Assembly (NCBI GenBank): GCA_934140575.1
Contig: CAKPBJ010000004.1
Span: 33,274-97,273 of the forward strand
Direction: 5' to 3'
Source of the DNA: an uncultured Bacilli bacterium
GTDB lineage: Bacteria; Bacillota_I; Bacilli_A; RF39; UBA660
DNA: 64,000 nucleotides
The notes under the pieces were generated by a model, which was not told the origin of the DNA, made no database searches, and saw only the letters and a program-made list of their open reading frames with translations. Positions 10,299-21,643 of the stretch are shown one piece after another. The position numbers and the translations under genes were made by a program. Positions within the stretch are counted from its first letter, which is position 1; each line of letters opens with the position of its first letter.

Positions 10299-10829
10299 TT
10301 AAGCAGCTTTCTTTCCTTCTTTACGACGAATATGTTCATCTTTATATCTGATACCTTTTCCTTTATATGGTTCAGGTTGTCTTACTTTTCTAATATTAGC
10401 TGCAAATTCTCCAACTAACATTTTATTAATACCTTTAACTTTGATTTCAGTATTACTTACTGATTCAACTGTAAGTCCTTCTGGTACTTCCATTTCAACT
10501 GGATGTGAATATCCAGCATTAATTACTAATTTCTTTCCTTGAACATTGAAACGATAACCAACACCAACTATTTCTAGTCCTTTTTCATAACCATTAGTTA
10601 CACCAATAATCATGTTTTCAACTAAAGCATTCATTGTTCCATGCATTGCTTTAGCATTCTCGTTTGCACGTGCAAATGTTAATTTGTTACCTTCAATATT
10701 CATTGTAATGTCTTTTAACATTGGTTGAGTTAATGTTCCTTTTGGTCCTTTAACTGTTACAACGTTATCAGCATTTTCAACTGTAACTCCTTCTGGAATT
10801 GTAATAATACGATTTCCAATACGGCTCAT
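10299..10829 (-). CDS. rplF: 50S ribosomal protein L6
   Basis: The 176-aa ORF starts MSRIGNRIITIPEGV, the uL6 N-terminus. Confidence 0.95.
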   Translation of the reverse strand: MSRIGNRIITIPEGVTVENADNVVTVKGPKGTLTQPMLKDITMNIEGNKLTFARANENAKAMHGTMNALVENMIIGVTNGYEKGLEIVGVGYRFNVQGKKLVINAGYSHPVEMEVPEGLTVESVSNTEIKVKGINKMLVGEFAANIRKVRQPEPYKGKGIRYKDEHIRRKEGKKAA

Positions 10830-10858
10830 AATGACACCTCCTTATATTTTTATATTTA

Positions 10859-11260
10859 TTACCAAATATAAGCTAGAACTTCTCCACCTATATTTTGTTT
10901 ACGAGCTTCTTTATCTGTCATAATTCCTTTAGATGTTGAAATGATTGCGATTCCTAATCCGTTTAAAACTTTTGGAATTTCATCATTTTTTGCATATACA
11001 CGAAGTCCTGGTTTGGAAATTCTCTTTAAACCAGTGATAACTCTTTCTTTTTTATCAGTATATTTTAAAGTTAAAACTATTGTTCCTTGAGCGTCATCAC
11101 TGTCAATCTTATAATCTTTTATAAATCCTTCTTCTTTTAAAATCTTAGCGATTTCTTTTTTTATGTTAGAAGCTGGAACTTTTACTTCTTCATAACGCAT
11201 TTGGTTAGCATTACGAATTCTTGTTAACATATCTGCAATTGTATCAGTTACTACTGCCAT
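10859..11260 (-). CDS. rpsH: 30S ribosomal protein S8
   Basis: The uS8 sequence is present ([15 protein letters not shown]). The likely start is the internal Met (MAVVTD) rather than the upstream in-frame ATG. Confidence 0.9.
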   Translation of the reverse strand: MAVVTDTIADMLTRIRNANQMRYEEVKVPASNIKKEIAKILKEEGFIKDYKIDSDDAQGTIVLTLKYTDKKERVITGLKRISKPGLRVYAKNDEIPKVLNGLGIAIISTSKGIMTDKEARKQNIGGEVLAYIW

Positions 11261-11281
11261 TATAATTTTCCTCCTTTCCAA

Positions 11282-11467
11282 TTACCAACTTGATTTTTTT
11301 ATTCCTGGTATTTGTCCTTTATAAGCTAATTCACGGAAGCAAATACGGCAGATTCCGAATTTACTCATAACTGCGTGTGGACGACCGCAACGAGAACATC
11401 TTGTATATTCACGTACTTTGTATTTTTGTGGTCTATTAGCCTTTACTATCATACTTTTCTTTGCCAT
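11282..11467 (-). CDS. rpsN: 30S ribosomal protein S14 type Z (zinc-binding)
   Basis: [48 protein letters not shown] is a 61-aa uS14 with four Cys. The start is taken at MAKKS. Confidence 0.9.
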   Translation of the reverse strand: MAKKSMIVKANRPQKYKVREYTRCSRCGRPHAVMSKFGICRICFRELAYKGQIPGIKKSSW

Positions 11468-11483
11468 AATATTCCTCCCATTT

Positions 11484-12023
11484 TTACTTTTTAAAAGGAA
11501 TTCCAAGTCCATTTAATAAGTCGAATGATTCTTCATTTGTTTTTGCTGTTGTAACAAATACGATATCCATACCGCGAACTTTTACAACATCATCGTAATT
11601 AATCTCTTGAAAGATTAATTGTTCTTTAATTCCCATTGTGTAGTTTCCTCTACCATCAAATGCTTTTGAACTAACTCCACGGAAATCTCTTACACCTGGA
11701 AGTGATATTGATACTAACTTGTCAATAAAGTTATACATATTATCTCCTCTTAGTGTTACTTTACAACCAATTGCTTGACCTTCTCTTACTTTAAATCCAG
11801 CGATTGATTTTTTTGCTTTTGTTATTACTGGCTTTTGTCCAGAAATTAATGTTAAATCATGAACTGCTGCTTCTAATAATTTAGAGTTTGTAGTTGCATC
11901 ACCAACACCCATATTAATAACAACTTTTTCAAGTCTTGGAACTTGCATTATTGACTTATAATTATATTTTTCTTGTAAACTTGGAACTACTTCATTTAAG
12001 TATTTCTCTTTTAGGCGGTTCAT
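11484..12023 (-). CDS. rplE: 50S ribosomal protein L5
   Basis: The 179-aa ORF starts [16 protein letters not shown], the uL5 N-terminus. Confidence 0.95.
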   Translation of the reverse strand: MNRLKEKYLNEVVPSLQEKYNYKSIMQVPRLEKVVINMGVGDATTNSKLLEAAVHDLTLISGQKPVITKAKKSIAGFKVREGQAIGCKVTLRGDNMYNFIDKLVSISLPGVRDFRGVSSKAFDGRGNYTMGIKEQLIFQEINYDDVVKVRGMDIVFVTTAKTNEESFDLLNGLGIPFKK

Positions 12024-12040
12024 AATTACCCTCCTTCCAA

Positions 12041-12352
12041 TTAATCAATTTTTTCGTTTGATTTTTTTGCTATTCTTATTTTTTTACCTGTTTTTTCATC
12101 AGTTGTATGTCCTATTCTAGTTCTTTTTTTAGTTTTAGGATCAACAATCATAACATTTGATGCATTTATTGGTGCAGCTACATCAATTATTCCACCTGTT
12201 TCAGTGCTAGTTGGTTTTTGATGTTTCTTAACCATATGTACACCTTCAACGATAACTTTATTTTCGTTTCTTAATGTTTTAACGATTTTTCCTGTTTTAC
12301 CTTTATCAGAACCAGTGATAACTACAACTTCATCTCCTACTTTAAAGTTCAT
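12041..12352 (-). CDS. rplX: 50S ribosomal protein L24
   Basis: The 103-aa ORF has the KOW motif ([21 protein letters not shown]). Confidence 0.95.
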   Translation of the reverse strand: MNFKVGDEVVVITGSDKGKTGKIVKTLRNENKVIVEGVHMVKKHQKPTSTETGGIIDVAAPINASNVMIVDPKTKKRTRIGHTTDEKTGKKIRIAKKSNEKID

Positions 12353-12365
12353 ATTTATCCTCCTC

Positions 12366-12734
12366 TTATAGTACTTCTTTTGCTAAAGAAACAATTTTCA
12401 TGTAATCTTTATCACGAAGTTCTCTTGCTACTGGTCCAAAGATACGAGTTCCTACTGGACTCTTGTCATCACGAATGATAACGCAAGCATTGTCATCGAA
12501 CTTAATGTAACTTCCATCTTCACGACGAACGCCTTGACGACTACGAACGATAACTGCTTTTACAACTTTTCCTTTTGGTACTGGTGAGTTAGGAATTGCG
12601 CTTTTAACTGTTCCAACTACTACATCACCAATGTTACCTGTTTTTACTTTACTTCCACCTAATACACGAATTACTAAAAGTTCACGTGCACCAGAGTTGT
12701 CAGCAACCTTCATACGGCTTTCTTGTTGTAACAT
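12366..12734 (-). CDS. rplN: 50S ribosomal protein L14
   Basis: The 122-aa ORF starts [24 protein letters not shown]. Confidence 0.95.
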   Translation of the reverse strand: MLQQESRMKVADNSGARELLVIRVLGGSKVKTGNIGDVVVGTVKSAIPNSPVPKGKVVKAVIVRSRQGVRREDGSYIKFDDNACVIIRDDKSPVGTRIFGPVARELRDKDYMKIVSLAKEVL

Positions 12735-12761
12735 AGATTATTCCTCCTTCTCATCTAAGCG

Positions 12762-13022
12762 TTAAATAATAACTGCTTCTTTTACTATTTCTTTTAAATA
12801 GAAATGTTTAGTTTTTGATAATGGTCTAGTTTCTACTATACGAACAGTATCTCCAACTTTTGCTATATTTTTTTCATCATGTACACAATATTTCTTTGAG
12901 CTTTTAACTCTTTTGTGATATAACGGATGGTTTTTATAAGTTTCAACTAAAACACTGATTGTTTTATCATTAGTTGCGCTTACTACTTTTCCAACTAATT
13001 CTTTTCTTACTTTCTTTTCCAC
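12762..13022 (-). CDS. rpsQ: 30S ribosomal protein S17
   Basis: The 86-aa ORF has uS17 family sequence. Confidence 0.9.
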   Translation of the reverse strand: MEKKVRKELVGKVVSATNDKTISVLVETYKNHPLYHKRVKSSKKYCVHDEKNIAKVGDTVRIVETRPLSKTKHFYLKEIVKEAVII

Positions 13023-13033
13023 TTTATATCCTC

Positions 13034-13228
13034 CTATTCGTTAATCTCACGTTCTTTTAGAACGGTTTTCATTCTTGCAACGGTGTGTCTTAAATCTCTA
13101 ATTCTAGAAGGTTTTTCTAAATTACCTGTTGCTTGTTGAAAACGTAAATTGAATAGTTCTTCTTTTGCTTCAACTAATTTTTTGTTGATTTCTTCAGTTG
13201 ATAATTCTCTAATCTCTTTAACCTTCAT
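13034..13228 (-). CDS. rpmC: 50S ribosomal protein L29
   Basis: [18 protein letters not shown] is the uL29 N-terminus. The start is taken at the internal Met. Confidence 0.9.
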   Translation of the reverse strand: MKVKEIRELSTEEINKKLVEAKEELFNLRFQQATGNLEKPSRIRDLRHTVARMKTVLKEREINE

Positions 13229-13649
13229 TTGATTCACCACCATTTTCTTTTTTTACAAATTTTGTTGTTACTGGTAGTTTATGAGAAGCAAGTCTTAATG
13301 CTTCACGTGCAGTTGCTTCATCAACACCTGCTATTTCGAACATTATTTTTCCTTCTTTAACTACTGCAACCCATCCTTCAACATTACCTTTACCTTTACC
13401 TTGTCTTGTACCGATAGGCTTTTTAGTTAATGGCATATGTGGGAAGATGTTTATCCAAACTTTTCCACCACGTTTCATGTAACGAGTCATAGCTACACGA
13501 GCAGCTTCGATTTGGTTTGCTGTAATCCAAGCACCTTCTTTTGCTTGAAGTCCATATTCACCGAAATGTAATTCTCTGTTTCCACGTGATCTTCCTTCGT
13601 AAGGTAATCTATGAACACGACGATATTTAGTTCTTGACGGTATTAACAT
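13218..13649 (-). CDS. rplP: 50S ribosomal protein L16
   Basis: The 143-aa ORF starts [14 protein letters not shown], the uL16 N-terminus. Confidence 0.95.
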   Translation of the reverse strand: MLIPSRTKYRRVHRLPYEGRSRGNRELHFGEYGLQAKEGAWITANQIEAARVAMTRYMKRGGKVWINIFPHMPLTKKPIGTRQGKGKGNVEGWVAVVKEGKIMFEIAGVDEATAREALRLASHKLPVTTKFVKKENGGESNEG

Positions 13650-13650
13650 A

Positions 13651-14301
13651 TTAATTACCTCCTTTAGCCTTTTTGTTTAGGATTTCTCCCTTATAGATCC
13701 ATACCTTTACACCAATTTTTCCGAATGTTGTGTCAGCTTCACTTGTAGCATAATCAACATCTGCTCTTAATGTATGTAGAGGAATAGTTCCTTCTGTATA
13801 TCCTTCGCTACGAGCCATATCAGCTCCACCTAAACGTCCAGATACACTTGTTTTAATTCCTTTAGCTCCTGCTTTCATAGCATTTCTAATTGCTCTTTTT
13901 TGAGCCATACGGAATGATGCTCTATTAGTAATTTGGTTTGCAATATTGTCTGCAACTAATTGAGCGTTTAAGTCTACTTTTTTAATATCAGCGATTGAGA
14001 TTTGAACATTCTCGCCTGCAACCTTTGAAAGTTGTTTCTTTAATTTTTCAATTTCTTCTCCACCGTGTCCAATCATAACACCTGGTTTTGAAGTGTGGAT
14101 AACAACTTCTGTTTTCTTAGCATTTCTTTCAATTTCAACTTTAGCAATTCCAGCATTAGTTAAATTTTTCTCTAAATATTCACGAATTTTAATATCTTTG
14201 TCTAAGAATTTTGAGAAATCTTTGTTATTACTGTACCATTTTGCTTCCCAGTCTTTATTGATACCAAGTCTTAGTCCATTAGGATTTACCTTTTGTCCCA
14301 T
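13651..14301 (-). CDS. rpsC: 30S ribosomal protein S3
   Basis: The 216-aa ORF has a KH domain and uS3 sequence ([13 protein letters not shown]). Confidence 0.95.
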   Translation of the reverse strand: MGQKVNPNGLRLGINKDWEAKWYSNNKDFSKFLDKDIKIREYLEKNLTNAGIAKVEIERNAKKTEVVIHTSKPGVMIGHGGEEIEKLKKQLSKVAGENVQISIADIKKVDLNAQLVADNIANQITNRASFRMAQKRAIRNAMKAGAKGIKTSVSGRLGGADMARSEGYTEGTIPLHTLRADVDYATSEADTTFGKIGVKVWIYKGEILNKKAKGGN

Positions 14302-14316
14302 TCTGTTACCTCCTTA

Positions 14317-14652
14317 TTAGTTTTTTGTAGCCACTACTATATTAATGTGACTAGTTCTGTGATTTCTATGTCCTATGTGTGAACGTGAATCAAAAAAGTG
14401 ACGTTTCATAACAGGACCAGCATCTACTCTTGCTTCTTTAACATAAAGTGTTGTAGCATCTGCACCATTATTATTAACAGCGTTAGCAATAGCAGAATTT
14501 AAAACTTTTTTAGTTAATCTTGCTGATTTATTATTAACATTTGTTAAGATGTTTAATGCTTCTTGTACACTTTTACCACGAATCATATCTGCAACTAATC
14601 TTGCTCTGATAGGTGATACTCGAAGACCTTTAGCAATTGCTTTTGCTTCCAT
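14317..14652 (-). CDS. rplV: 50S ribosomal protein L22
   Basis: The 111-aa ORF has uL22 family sequence. Confidence 0.95.
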   Translation of the reverse strand: MEAKAIAKGLRVSPIRARLVADMIRGKSVQEALNILTNVNNKSARLTKKVLNSAIANAVNNNGADATTLYVKEARVDAGPVMKRHFFDSRSHIGHRNHRTSHINIVVATKN

Positions 14653-14677
14653 TTTTTTACCCTCCTAGTCATTTCTA

Positions 14678-14944
14678 TTATTTTTTGTCTGAACCATGTC
14701 CACCAAATTTACGTGTTAATGCAAATTCTCCTAATTTGTGTCCAACCATATCTTCAGTTACATAAACTGGAATAAATTCTTTTCCGTTATGTACTGCAAA
14801 TGTGTGTCCAATAAAATCAGGAAAAATAGTGGAACGGCGTGACCAAGTTTTAATGACTTCTTTTTTTCCAGACTTATTTAATTCTTGAACCTTTTTTAAT
14901 AATCTATCGAATACATAAGGTCCTTTTTTTAAACTTCTTGCCAT
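14678..14944 (-). CDS. rpsS: 30S ribosomal protein S19
   Basis: The 88-aa ORF starts [11 protein letters not shown]. Confidence 0.95.
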   Translation of the reverse strand: MARSLKKGPYVFDRLLKKVQELNKSGKKEVIKTWSRRSTIFPDFIGHTFAVHNGKEFIPVYVTEDMVGHKLGEFALTRKFGGHGSDKK

Positions 14945-14961
14945 TTTTTAATCATCCTTTC

Positions 14962-15792
14962 CTATTTACTATTGCGACGACGTACTATGAACTTGTCAGA
15001 TTGTTTTTTCTTACGTGTCTTTAATCCAAGTGCTGGTTTACCCCAAGGTGTCATTGGTGCTTTACGTCCAATTGGTGCACGTCCTTCACCACCACCATGT
15101 GGATGGTCATTTGGATTCATAACTGAACCACGAACTGTTGGTCTAATACCCATGTGACGTTTACGTCCAGCTTTTCCAACTTTAACAAGTGATGAGTCTT
15201 CGTTTCCAACTACACCAATTGTTGCATAACATGTACCTAACACTTTTCTTTGTTCTCCACTTGATAAACGAATCATAACGTAATTTCCTTCACGACCTAG
15301 GATTTGTGCTGATGTACCAGCACTTCTTGCTAGTTCTCCACCTTTTCCAGGACGTAATTCGATGTTGTGAATCATTGTACCAACAGGAATACTCATAATT
15401 GGTAATGCGTTACCAACTTTGATATCTGCCTTTTCTCCAGATTCAACTGTTGCTCCTACTTCTAATCCTTTTGGAGCAATAATGTATCTCTTTTCTCCAT
15501 CTGCATAATTGATTAATGCAATATTTGCAGTTCTATTTGGATCATATTCAATACTTGCTACTTTTCCAGGTACGTTTAATTTATTTCTTTTAAAATCAAT
15601 AATACGATATTTTCTTTTTACTCCGCCACCTTGATGACGAACAGTTATCTTACCTTGATTGTTACGACCACTGTTTTTCTTTACAGTAACTAATAGTGAT
15701 TTTTCTGGAGTGCTAGTAGTTATTACTTCATTTACTAATGCACTCATCTTTCTACGTCCTGGTGTAGTAGGTTTATAATTTCTGATTGCCAT
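14962..15792 (-). CDS. rplB: 50S ribosomal protein L2
   Basis: The 276-aa ORF has uL2 sequence ([14 protein letters not shown] ... [11 protein letters not shown]). Confidence 0.95.
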   Translation of the reverse strand: MAIRNYKPTTPGRRKMSALVNEVITTSTPEKSLLVTVKKNSGRNNQGKITVRHQGGGVKRKYRIIDFKRNKLNVPGKVASIEYDPNRTANIALINYADGEKRYIIAPKGLEVGATVESGEKADIKVGNALPIMSIPVGTMIHNIELRPGKGGELARSAGTSAQILGREGNYVMIRLSSGEQRKVLGTCYATIGVVGNEDSSLVKVGKAGRKRHMGIRPTVRGSVMNPNDHPHGGGEGRAPIGRKAPMTPWGKPALGLKTRKKKQSDKFIVRRRNSK

Positions 15793-15808
15793 AATTTATT
15801 TCCTCCTT

Positions 15809-16093
15809 CTAACCAAGATCAATTGTTTGTCCTTCTGCAAGTGTAACAATTGCTTTTTTTGAACGATTAGTTAATCCAGTATAACGACCAACTCTTCTTT
15901 TCTTTGGTTTAACATTCATTGTTCTAATTGATGTTACTTTAACATTGAATATTTTTTCAATTGCTTCTTTTATTTCAATTTTGTTTGCTTTTGGATCAAC
16001 TTTAAAAGTATATTTTCCTTCGCTTCTAGCTGCTTCTGATTTTTCAGTAATAACTGGTGCTTTGATTATTTCTAAATATTTAGTATCTTTCAT
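15809..16093 (-). CDS. rplW: 50S ribosomal protein L23
   Basis: The 94-aa ORF has uL23 family sequence. Confidence 0.9.
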   Translation of the reverse strand: MKDTKYLEIIKAPVITEKSEAARSEGKYTFKVDPKANKIEIKEAIEKIFNVKVTSIRTMNVKPKKRRVGRYTGLTNRSKKAIVTLAEGQTIDLG

Positions 16094-16719
16094 TATTTAA
16101 GCACCTCCTCGATAAATTTTAAGGCATCTTCTGTAACTACCATTACATCAGTTCCTACAATATCTAACACATTAATTTCATCTGCTAAAATTAATACTAG
16201 ATTTTTTAAATTTCTTGATGCAAGAATTAAATTTTCATCAAATTCTTTAACAACAAGTAAGACTTTCTTATCAGCTACTTTTAAGCCTTCTAAAATAGCT
16301 TTCATATCTTTTGTCTTAGGAGTTTTTATTTCTAAGTTTTCTAATACTACTAACTCTTTATTAGCTGCTTTTTCAGATAATGCTGATTTGATTGCTAATT
16401 GTCTTTCTTTTCTATTTTGTTTTTTGCTATAGTCTCTTGGTACTGGAGTTCCATAATTTCCTCCACCTACCCATTGAACGGCTCTAATTGAACCTTGACG
16501 AGCATGCCCAGTTCCTTTTTGTCTCCATGGCTTTCTTCCTCCACCAGAAACCTCTGAACGATTTTTTGTTTTATGTGTACCTTGTCTTAATGATGCCATT
16601 GATAAAATGATTGCATCTGTTAAAACGTTTTTGTTTGGCGTAATTCCAAATATTTCTTCATTTAAATTAATGTCCTTTACTTTTTCACCTTTAAGATTTA
16701 AAAGTTCTACTTTTTTCAT
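16093..16719 (-). CDS. rplD: 50S ribosomal protein L4
   Basis: The 208-aa ORF has uL4 family sequence. Confidence 0.95.
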   Translation of the reverse strand: MKKVELLNLKGEKVKDINLNEEIFGITPNKNVLTDAIILSMASLRQGTHKTKNRSEVSGGGRKPWRQKGTGHARQGSIRAVQWVGGGNYGTPVPRDYSKKQNRKERQLAIKSALSEKAANKELVVLENLEIKTPKTKDMKAILEGLKVADKKVLLVVKEFDENLILASRNLKNLVLILADEINVLDIVGTDVMVVTEDALKFIEEVLK

Positions 16720-16786
16720 CTACGATTCCTCCTTTCATCACTTTATACAATTTTTATTCTTTCTTTATTTATATACTGTGATGATT

Positions 16787-17503
16787 TTATTCTTCTGTTG
16801 TTTCTTCTGTAACTTCAGCAACTTCTTCAACTGTTGGTTCAGCATAACTTACAAGATTAGCTGCTTCTTTCTTTACAGTAGGTTTTTTAACTGCAGTACG
16901 AATCATTACTAATGATTTCTTTGGACCAGGGACATTACCCTTAACTAAAATTACGCTGTTTTCTGTATCGATTGATACAACTTCAAGATTTTGAACAGTT
17001 CTTTGAACATTACCCATTTGACCTGGCATTTTCTTTCCTTTAAGTACGTGCATTGGTAACATTGTACCTAAAGAACCAACACCTCTATGATATTGAGAAC
17101 CGTGTCCCATAGGACCTCTTGATTGATTGTGACGTTTAATAACGCCTTGGAAACCTTTTCCTTTACTTGTTCCAGTAACATCAACAATTTCCCCTGCTTC
17201 GAAAATGTCCACACCAATAGTTTGACCTAAAGTGTAATCATTAACATTAACTCCTCTAATTTCTCTTAAGAAGCGCTTAGGTGTTGTGTTAGCTTTCTTT
17301 GTATGACCTAATTCTGGCTTGTTACTTAACTTTTCTCTAATAGTTTGAGTTCCAAGTTGAATTGCATCATATCCATCTTTTTCAACTGTTTTTATTTGAG
17401 TTACTACATTTGGCTCAACTTCAATTACAGTAACTGGAATTAATTTACCCTCTTGAGTAAATACTTGTGTCATTCCAATTTTCTTACCTAAGATTCCTTT
17501 CAT
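16787..17503 (-). CDS. rplC: 50S ribosomal protein L3
   Basis: [15 protein letters not shown] is the uL3 N-terminus, with a GGAGG 8 nt upstream. The upstream in-frame ATG lies inside that RBS. The protein has an acidic C-terminal extension. Confidence 0.95.
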   Translation of the reverse strand: MKGILGKKIGMTQVFTQEGKLIPVTVIEVEPNVVTQIKTVEKDGYDAIQLGTQTIREKLSNKPELGHTKKANTTPKRFLREIRGVNVNDYTLGQTIGVDIFEAGEIVDVTGTSKGKGFQGVIKRHNQSRGPMGHGSQYHRGVGSLGTMLPMHVLKGKKMPGQMGNVQRTVQNLEVVSIDTENSVILVKGNVPGPKKSLVMIRTAVKKPTVKKEAANLVSYAEPTVEEVAEVTEETTEE

Positions 17504-17517
17504 TACTTTTTCCTCCA

Positions 17518-17829
17518 TTATTTAGTTTTGATTTCGATATCTACACCGCTTGGTAAATCTAAGTGTGCTAATGCATCAATAGTTTCCTTGCTTGGATTTT
17601 TGATATCAATAAGTCTTTTGTGTGTACGCATCTCGAATTGTTCACGAGAATCTTTGTATTTATGTACAGCTCTTAAAATTGTGAATTTTTCAACTTCTGT
17701 TGGAAGTGGTACTGGACCAGAGATTTGTCCACCAGATCTTCTTACAGTTTCAACAATTTTCTTTGCAGCATTATCAAGTATTCTGTGATCGTATGCTTTA
17801 ATTCTTATACGAATTTTTTCTGTTGACAT
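17518..17829 (-). CDS. rpsJ: 30S ribosomal protein S10
   Basis: The 103-aa ORF has uS10 sequence and is the first gene of the cluster. Confidence 0.95.
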   Translation of the reverse strand: MSTEKIRIRIKAYDHRILDNAAKKIVETVRRSGGQISGPVPLPTEVEKFTILRAVHKYKDSREQFEMRTHKRLIDIKNPSKETIDALAHLDLPSGVDIEIKTK

Positions 17830-17953
17830 TTGAAATCCTCCTCTCGCCTATATCTAGTATAGACTTGCTCCGTAGCGAATAACCCGATAACCAATTATCA
17901 ACTTAACCTGGTGTATCAGCAACCTCGCACATCTAAGCAGTCACACGTATTAA

Positions 17954-17982
17954 ATTATAACGGATAGTCCTTGATTTTTCAA
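17954..17982 (-). promoter_or_regulatory. sigma-A-type promoter for the S10 ribosomal operon
   Basis: The minus strand reads TTGAAA, then 17 nt, then TATAAT. It lies about 125 nt upstream of the rpsJ ATG, ahead of a GC-richer leader. Confidence 0.6.
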
Positions 17983-18057
17983 GCTTTTTTTTAATTTTTT
18001 TGATGTTTTTGCAAAGTTTTTCTTTTTTTGTCAGATTTTTTTGATTTTTTTTGAATA

Positions 18058-19266
18058 TTATTTTTGCAAACGCTTAAGTGACGCTGGTAATACAATGGTA
18101 CTCCCGAATTTTTTGTTTATTTCATCAATTGTTCCTTGAATATTGTCTACTTTATTATCTTGTTCTTCATTTTCATCAAATAATGATATTTGTGTTTGTT
18201 TAGTTGTTGTTAAGTTTGAAATTCTAACTCCAATCAATCTTATTTTTTCTTGACCATATGTCTTATCAAACAGTTTAACAATTGTTTTTAAAACTTTTTC
18301 TGTATTATTTGTTGGATTATTTAATGTTTCTTGATAGGAATAATTTTTAAATGTACTATCCTTATATATAATAGCAATCGTTGATGTATATAATTTTTTT
18401 TCTCTCAATTGTCTCATAACATCTTCTGTTTGACGTAGAATTATTCCTTTTAATTTTTCTGTATCAGTTTCATCATGTGGCAGTGTAGTTGTTGTGCTAA
18501 TACTTTGTCTTCTCCCTTTTTTTACTATTACCGGTGTATTATCTATTCCATATGAAGCTTCTTTTAAATATGTTCCTTGACTTTTAAATTTTTTATTTAA
18601 TATTTCTTGGTTTGTATTTGCTAAATCTTTTATTGTATAAATATGCATCTTATTTAATTCTTCAGTGGCCTTTTTTCCACACATAAATAAATCTTTTACT
18701 GGTAACGGCCAAAGTTTTGTTTCTATTTCATCTTTAAAAAGTGTATGAACCTTATCTGGCTTCTCAAAGTCGCTTGCCATTTTTGCACATAATTTGTTAT
18801 TTGCAATTCCGACATTTACGGTATAACCAAATTTGGTTTTTATATTATCCTTTATTTCATGCGCTAACTTTATATAATCTTTATACAAATAATTTGTTCC
18901 TGTCATATCCATAAAACATTCATCTACTGAAAACTGTTCTAGTGTTGGTGTAAAATTTCTTAGATAATTCATCAATTCTTTAGACTTTTGATAATAAAAT
19001 TCATGATTTGGTGGAAAAATTTGTAAGCTTGGACATTTTCTTTTTGCGGAATATATTGTTTCTGCGGTAACTATTCCATATTTTTTTGCTACAGGGCTTT
19101 TCGCCAGTACTATGCCATGTCTTTGTGATTCGTCTCCACCTATAATTGATGGTATTTTTCTTATGTCTTGTTTATATCCGTTTTTTAATAAAAGAACAGC
19201 ACTCCAAGAAAGAAATGCATTATTTACATCTACGTGAAATATGATTCTTTCTGACACTATTCTCAC
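18058..19266 (-). CDS. Y-family DNA polymerase (DinB/UmuC-like translesion polymerase)
   Basis: The 402-aa ORF starts HVDVNNAFLSWSAV, the Y-family N-terminal motif. Finger-domain acidic residues are present (DECFMDMTG). Confidence 0.8.
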   Translation of the reverse strand: MRIVSERIIFHVDVNNAFLSWSAVLLLKNGYKQDIRKIPSIIGGDESQRHGIVLAKSPVAKKYGIVTAETIYSAKRKCPSLQIFPPNHEFYYQKSKELMNYLRNFTPTLEQFSVDECFMDMTGTNYLYKDYIKLAHEIKDNIKTKFGYTVNVGIANNKLCAKMASDFEKPDKVHTLFKDEIETKLWPLPVKDLFMCGKKATEELNKMHIYTIKDLANTNQEILNKKFKSQGTYLKEASYGIDNTPVIVKKGRRQSISTTTTLPHDETDTEKLKGIILRQTEDVMRQLREKKLYTSTIAIIYKDSTFKNYSYQETLNNPTNNTEKVLKTIVKLFDKTYGQEKIRLIGVRISNLTTTKQTQISLFDENEEQDNKVDNIQGTIDEINKKFGSTIVLPASLKRLQK

Positions 19267-19330
19267 CTCAACTTCATTATACTATTTTTTATATTTTTTT
19301 TAAACAAAAAAAGTACTATAAAGTTAGTAC

Positions 19331-20608
19331 TTATATTGTTAAATTATCTAAGCAAAATGTTGCGTATATTGGAATGTATCGTATGTCCTTTTTAGTTTGA
19401 AAGTTATTTTCTGTTATCCTATATCCTTCTGGTACAGTATACTTTTTCATAAATACTGATAGTGATTTTGCTTTTGAATTAGTTTTAGTTGTTAGTTCGA
19501 TTGGAATAATTTGACCCATTCTATTTTGAACTACGAAGTTAACTTCTGCTTTTCCATCTGACTGATAATAATATAATGAAAAGCCATTTTCTGCTAGCGT
19601 TTTTGCAATGTGATTTTCATATAATGTTTCTTTTATGTCTTCATTAGTTATAAATTGTTTATAGTTTAAATGTAACATTGTATATAAAAGCCCATCATCT
19701 ACTGTATATAGTTTAAAACTATCATTATCTCTACAACTACTTAATGGCGACTTTATTTCTTTTGCTTTAAAACTTCTGTATACTATTTGATTATTTACTA
19801 AATAATTTATTGAGCTTTCATATTCTTTAGATCTTTTTCCTTGACCAATAACTCCATATTGGAATTTTTTATTTTCTTTTTGTAATTGATCTGGTAACGA
19901 ATCTAATACTTCTATTCCTCTTGGAATGTCGATTAAGTTTTTATTTAATGCTATTTCCTTTTTATATACGTCTATTAACTTTTGTTTTATTGCATCTAAC
20001 TCATATTGTGACTTACCATTTATTGATGCTGATACTACTTCTGGTAGTCCTCCAGATATAATGTATTCTTGGAATAATTCTAATGCAACTTTGTGGAATG
20101 GGCATGTTTTTCTCTTTGTAAATGATTCTTTAATTAGTTCTGCTAAACTTTTTTCATCATGTGCCCAAAGATATTCTTCAAAGTCCATTTCATTCATACT
20201 TTTAAATTGTAATTCTTCTCCTTTAAATTCTGATAATTTTTCTTTTCTGGAAGTAATAGCTATTAAATGATATTTACTGTGTTCGCTTCCAAATAGCTTT
20301 AAACCTTTTACTATTTCTTTATCTGTTAAGTTATCTAATATTATTAAGGTGTCATCTTTAAGTATTGTTTCTCCAGAAATAAGTGATAAGTTTAATATTA
20401 ATTTTTCTGTTGACTTTTCTTTAGTAAATAGTTCTATTATTGTTTTGTTGTTTTCTGTATTAAAGTAAATCATATTTTTATACTCTTTTTTGCCAAAATC
20501 AAGTACTGAGTATGTCTTTCCAACTTGCTTAGGTCCAAATAATATTAATGGCTTTCTAATTATATCTGCTTTCCATTTTTGTAGAAATTTTTCTATTTTA
20601 CGTTCCAT
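19331..20608 (-). CDS. AAA-family ATPase (AAA_14 plus DUF4143-type architecture)
   Basis: The 425-aa ORF has an N-terminal P-loop (LILFGPKQVGKTYSV). Its architecture is common among Firmicutes ATP-binding proteins. Confidence 0.65.
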   Translation of the reverse strand: MERKIEKFLQKWKADIIRKPLILFGPKQVGKTYSVLDFGKKEYKNMIYFNTENNKTIIELFTKEKSTEKLILNLSLISGETILKDDTLIILDNLTDKEIVKGLKLFGSEHSKYHLIAITSRKEKLSEFKGEELQFKSMNEMDFEEYLWAHDEKSLAELIKESFTKRKTCPFHKVALELFQEYIISGGLPEVVSASINGKSQYELDAIKQKLIDVYKKEIALNKNLIDIPRGIEVLDSLPDQLQKENKKFQYGVIGQGKRSKEYESSINYLVNNQIVYRSFKAKEIKSPLSSCRDNDSFKLYTVDDGLLYTMLHLNYKQFITNEDIKETLYENHIAKTLAENGFSLYYYQSDGKAEVNFVVQNRMGQIIPIELTTKTNSKAKSLSVFMKKYTVPEGYRITENNFQTKKDIRYIPIYATFCLDNLTI

Positions 20609-20733
20609 TTACTGTTTTCACCTCACATATTTTCTAGAATAAGTATACTTTTTTATCTATGGTTTGTCAAGAATAATAACAAATTAAATTTTGAACATTT
20701 TAAGTTAATTAAATATTTTTAAAAATTTCTTTA

Positions 20734-20760
20734 AAATAAAAAAAGACTATTTTTAGTCTT
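20734..20760 (-). terminator. rho-independent terminator downstream of spo0A
   Basis: AGACTATTTTTAGTCT is followed on the minus strand by a T-run, TTTTTTATTTT. Confidence 0.65.
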
Positions 20761-20761
20761 A

Positions 20762-21535
20762 TTAGTTTCTTACTGGTACGTTGTATTCTAGTCTAAGTTT
20801 ATCTGCTATTGTAACAATAAATTCTGAGTTTGTTGGCTTAGCTCCATCTATATCAACTGTATATCCGAATAAACTAACCATAAAATCCCAATTAGCTCTA
20901 TTCCAGCTAATATCAATTGCATGTCTTATAGCTCTTTCTACTCTAGAGGCTGTTGAATTATATGTTTTTGCGATAGTGGGATATAATTCTTTGGTAATTC
21001 CTCCAATATATTCTGGGTTTTTGAATACTAGTGTTATACCTTCTCGGATATATTGATATCCTTTAATATGAGATGGTACTCCAAGTTCATGAAGTGTGTT
21101 TGATATTGACACTTGTAAATTGTTTTGAAATATATCAACAGATTCTGACACTCTTTTATGATCTTTATAGATACTTTCTATTTTTTCTTGTAAATATGAT
21201 AATTCAAATGGTTTTAACATAAAATAGCATGCCCCTAACTCAGCTACTTTTCTAATCATATCTTGAGTATTATATGATGTTAATACTATTACTTTTTTAT
21301 TTATACTATTATCTCTAATATACTCAAGTACAGCTAATCCATCTTTTTTAGGCATTACTAAATCTAGTAATATTAAATCAAAATCATTCCTATGATTTTT
21401 GATTATTTCTAATCCTTCTTCTCCATCATACGCAATGAATGGAGCTTCTATTTCATCAGTCTTTTTGAAGAATTCTGTTACCATTCCTACTAAGCTTCTA
21501 TTGTCATCAATAATTAATAATTTTATTTTTTCCAT
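20762..21535 (-). CDS. spo0A: sporulation master regulator Spo0A (response regulator)
   Basis: The receiver domain has the acidic pocket (IIDDN) and the phospho-acceptor Asp (LLDLVMP). The C-terminal Spo0A-specific DNA-binding domain is present ([17 protein letters not shown]). Confidence 0.9.
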   Translation of the reverse strand: MEKIKLLIIDDNRSLVGMVTEFFKKTDEIEAPFIAYDGEEGLEIIKNHRNDFDLILLDLVMPKKDGLAVLEYIRDNSINKKVIVLTSYNTQDMIRKVAELGACYFMLKPFELSYLQEKIESIYKDHKRVSESVDIFQNNLQVSISNTLHELGVPSHIKGYQYIREGITLVFKNPEYIGGITKELYPTIAKTYNSTASRVERAIRHAIDISWNRANWDFMVSLFGYTVDIDGAKPTNSEFIVTIADKLRLEYNVPVRN

Positions 21536-21595
21536 AATCTCTCCTCTTTATCTTTTTTATCACGTATTTTAATTATATAACATAGATAAAAAAAT

Positions 21596-21643
21596 AGAAA
21601 GAAAAAAATAGACAAGTTTTGTCGAAAATATAAACTTATCTAT
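21596..21643 (-). terminator. rho-independent terminator at the tpiA 3' end
   Basis: atagacaagttt / aaacttatctat forms an 11 of 12 bp stem around a 12-nt loop, followed by a T-run on the minus strand. The hairpin overlaps the tpiA stop codon. Confidence 0.6.

Noticed and set aside
17840-17950. A possible tRNA or other RNA gene in the GC-rich stretch upstream of rpsJ.
   Set aside because: No cloverleaf-compatible segments or T-loop or D-loop consensus (GTTCGAAT, TAGCTCAGT-like) could be found. The position fits an mRNA leader better.
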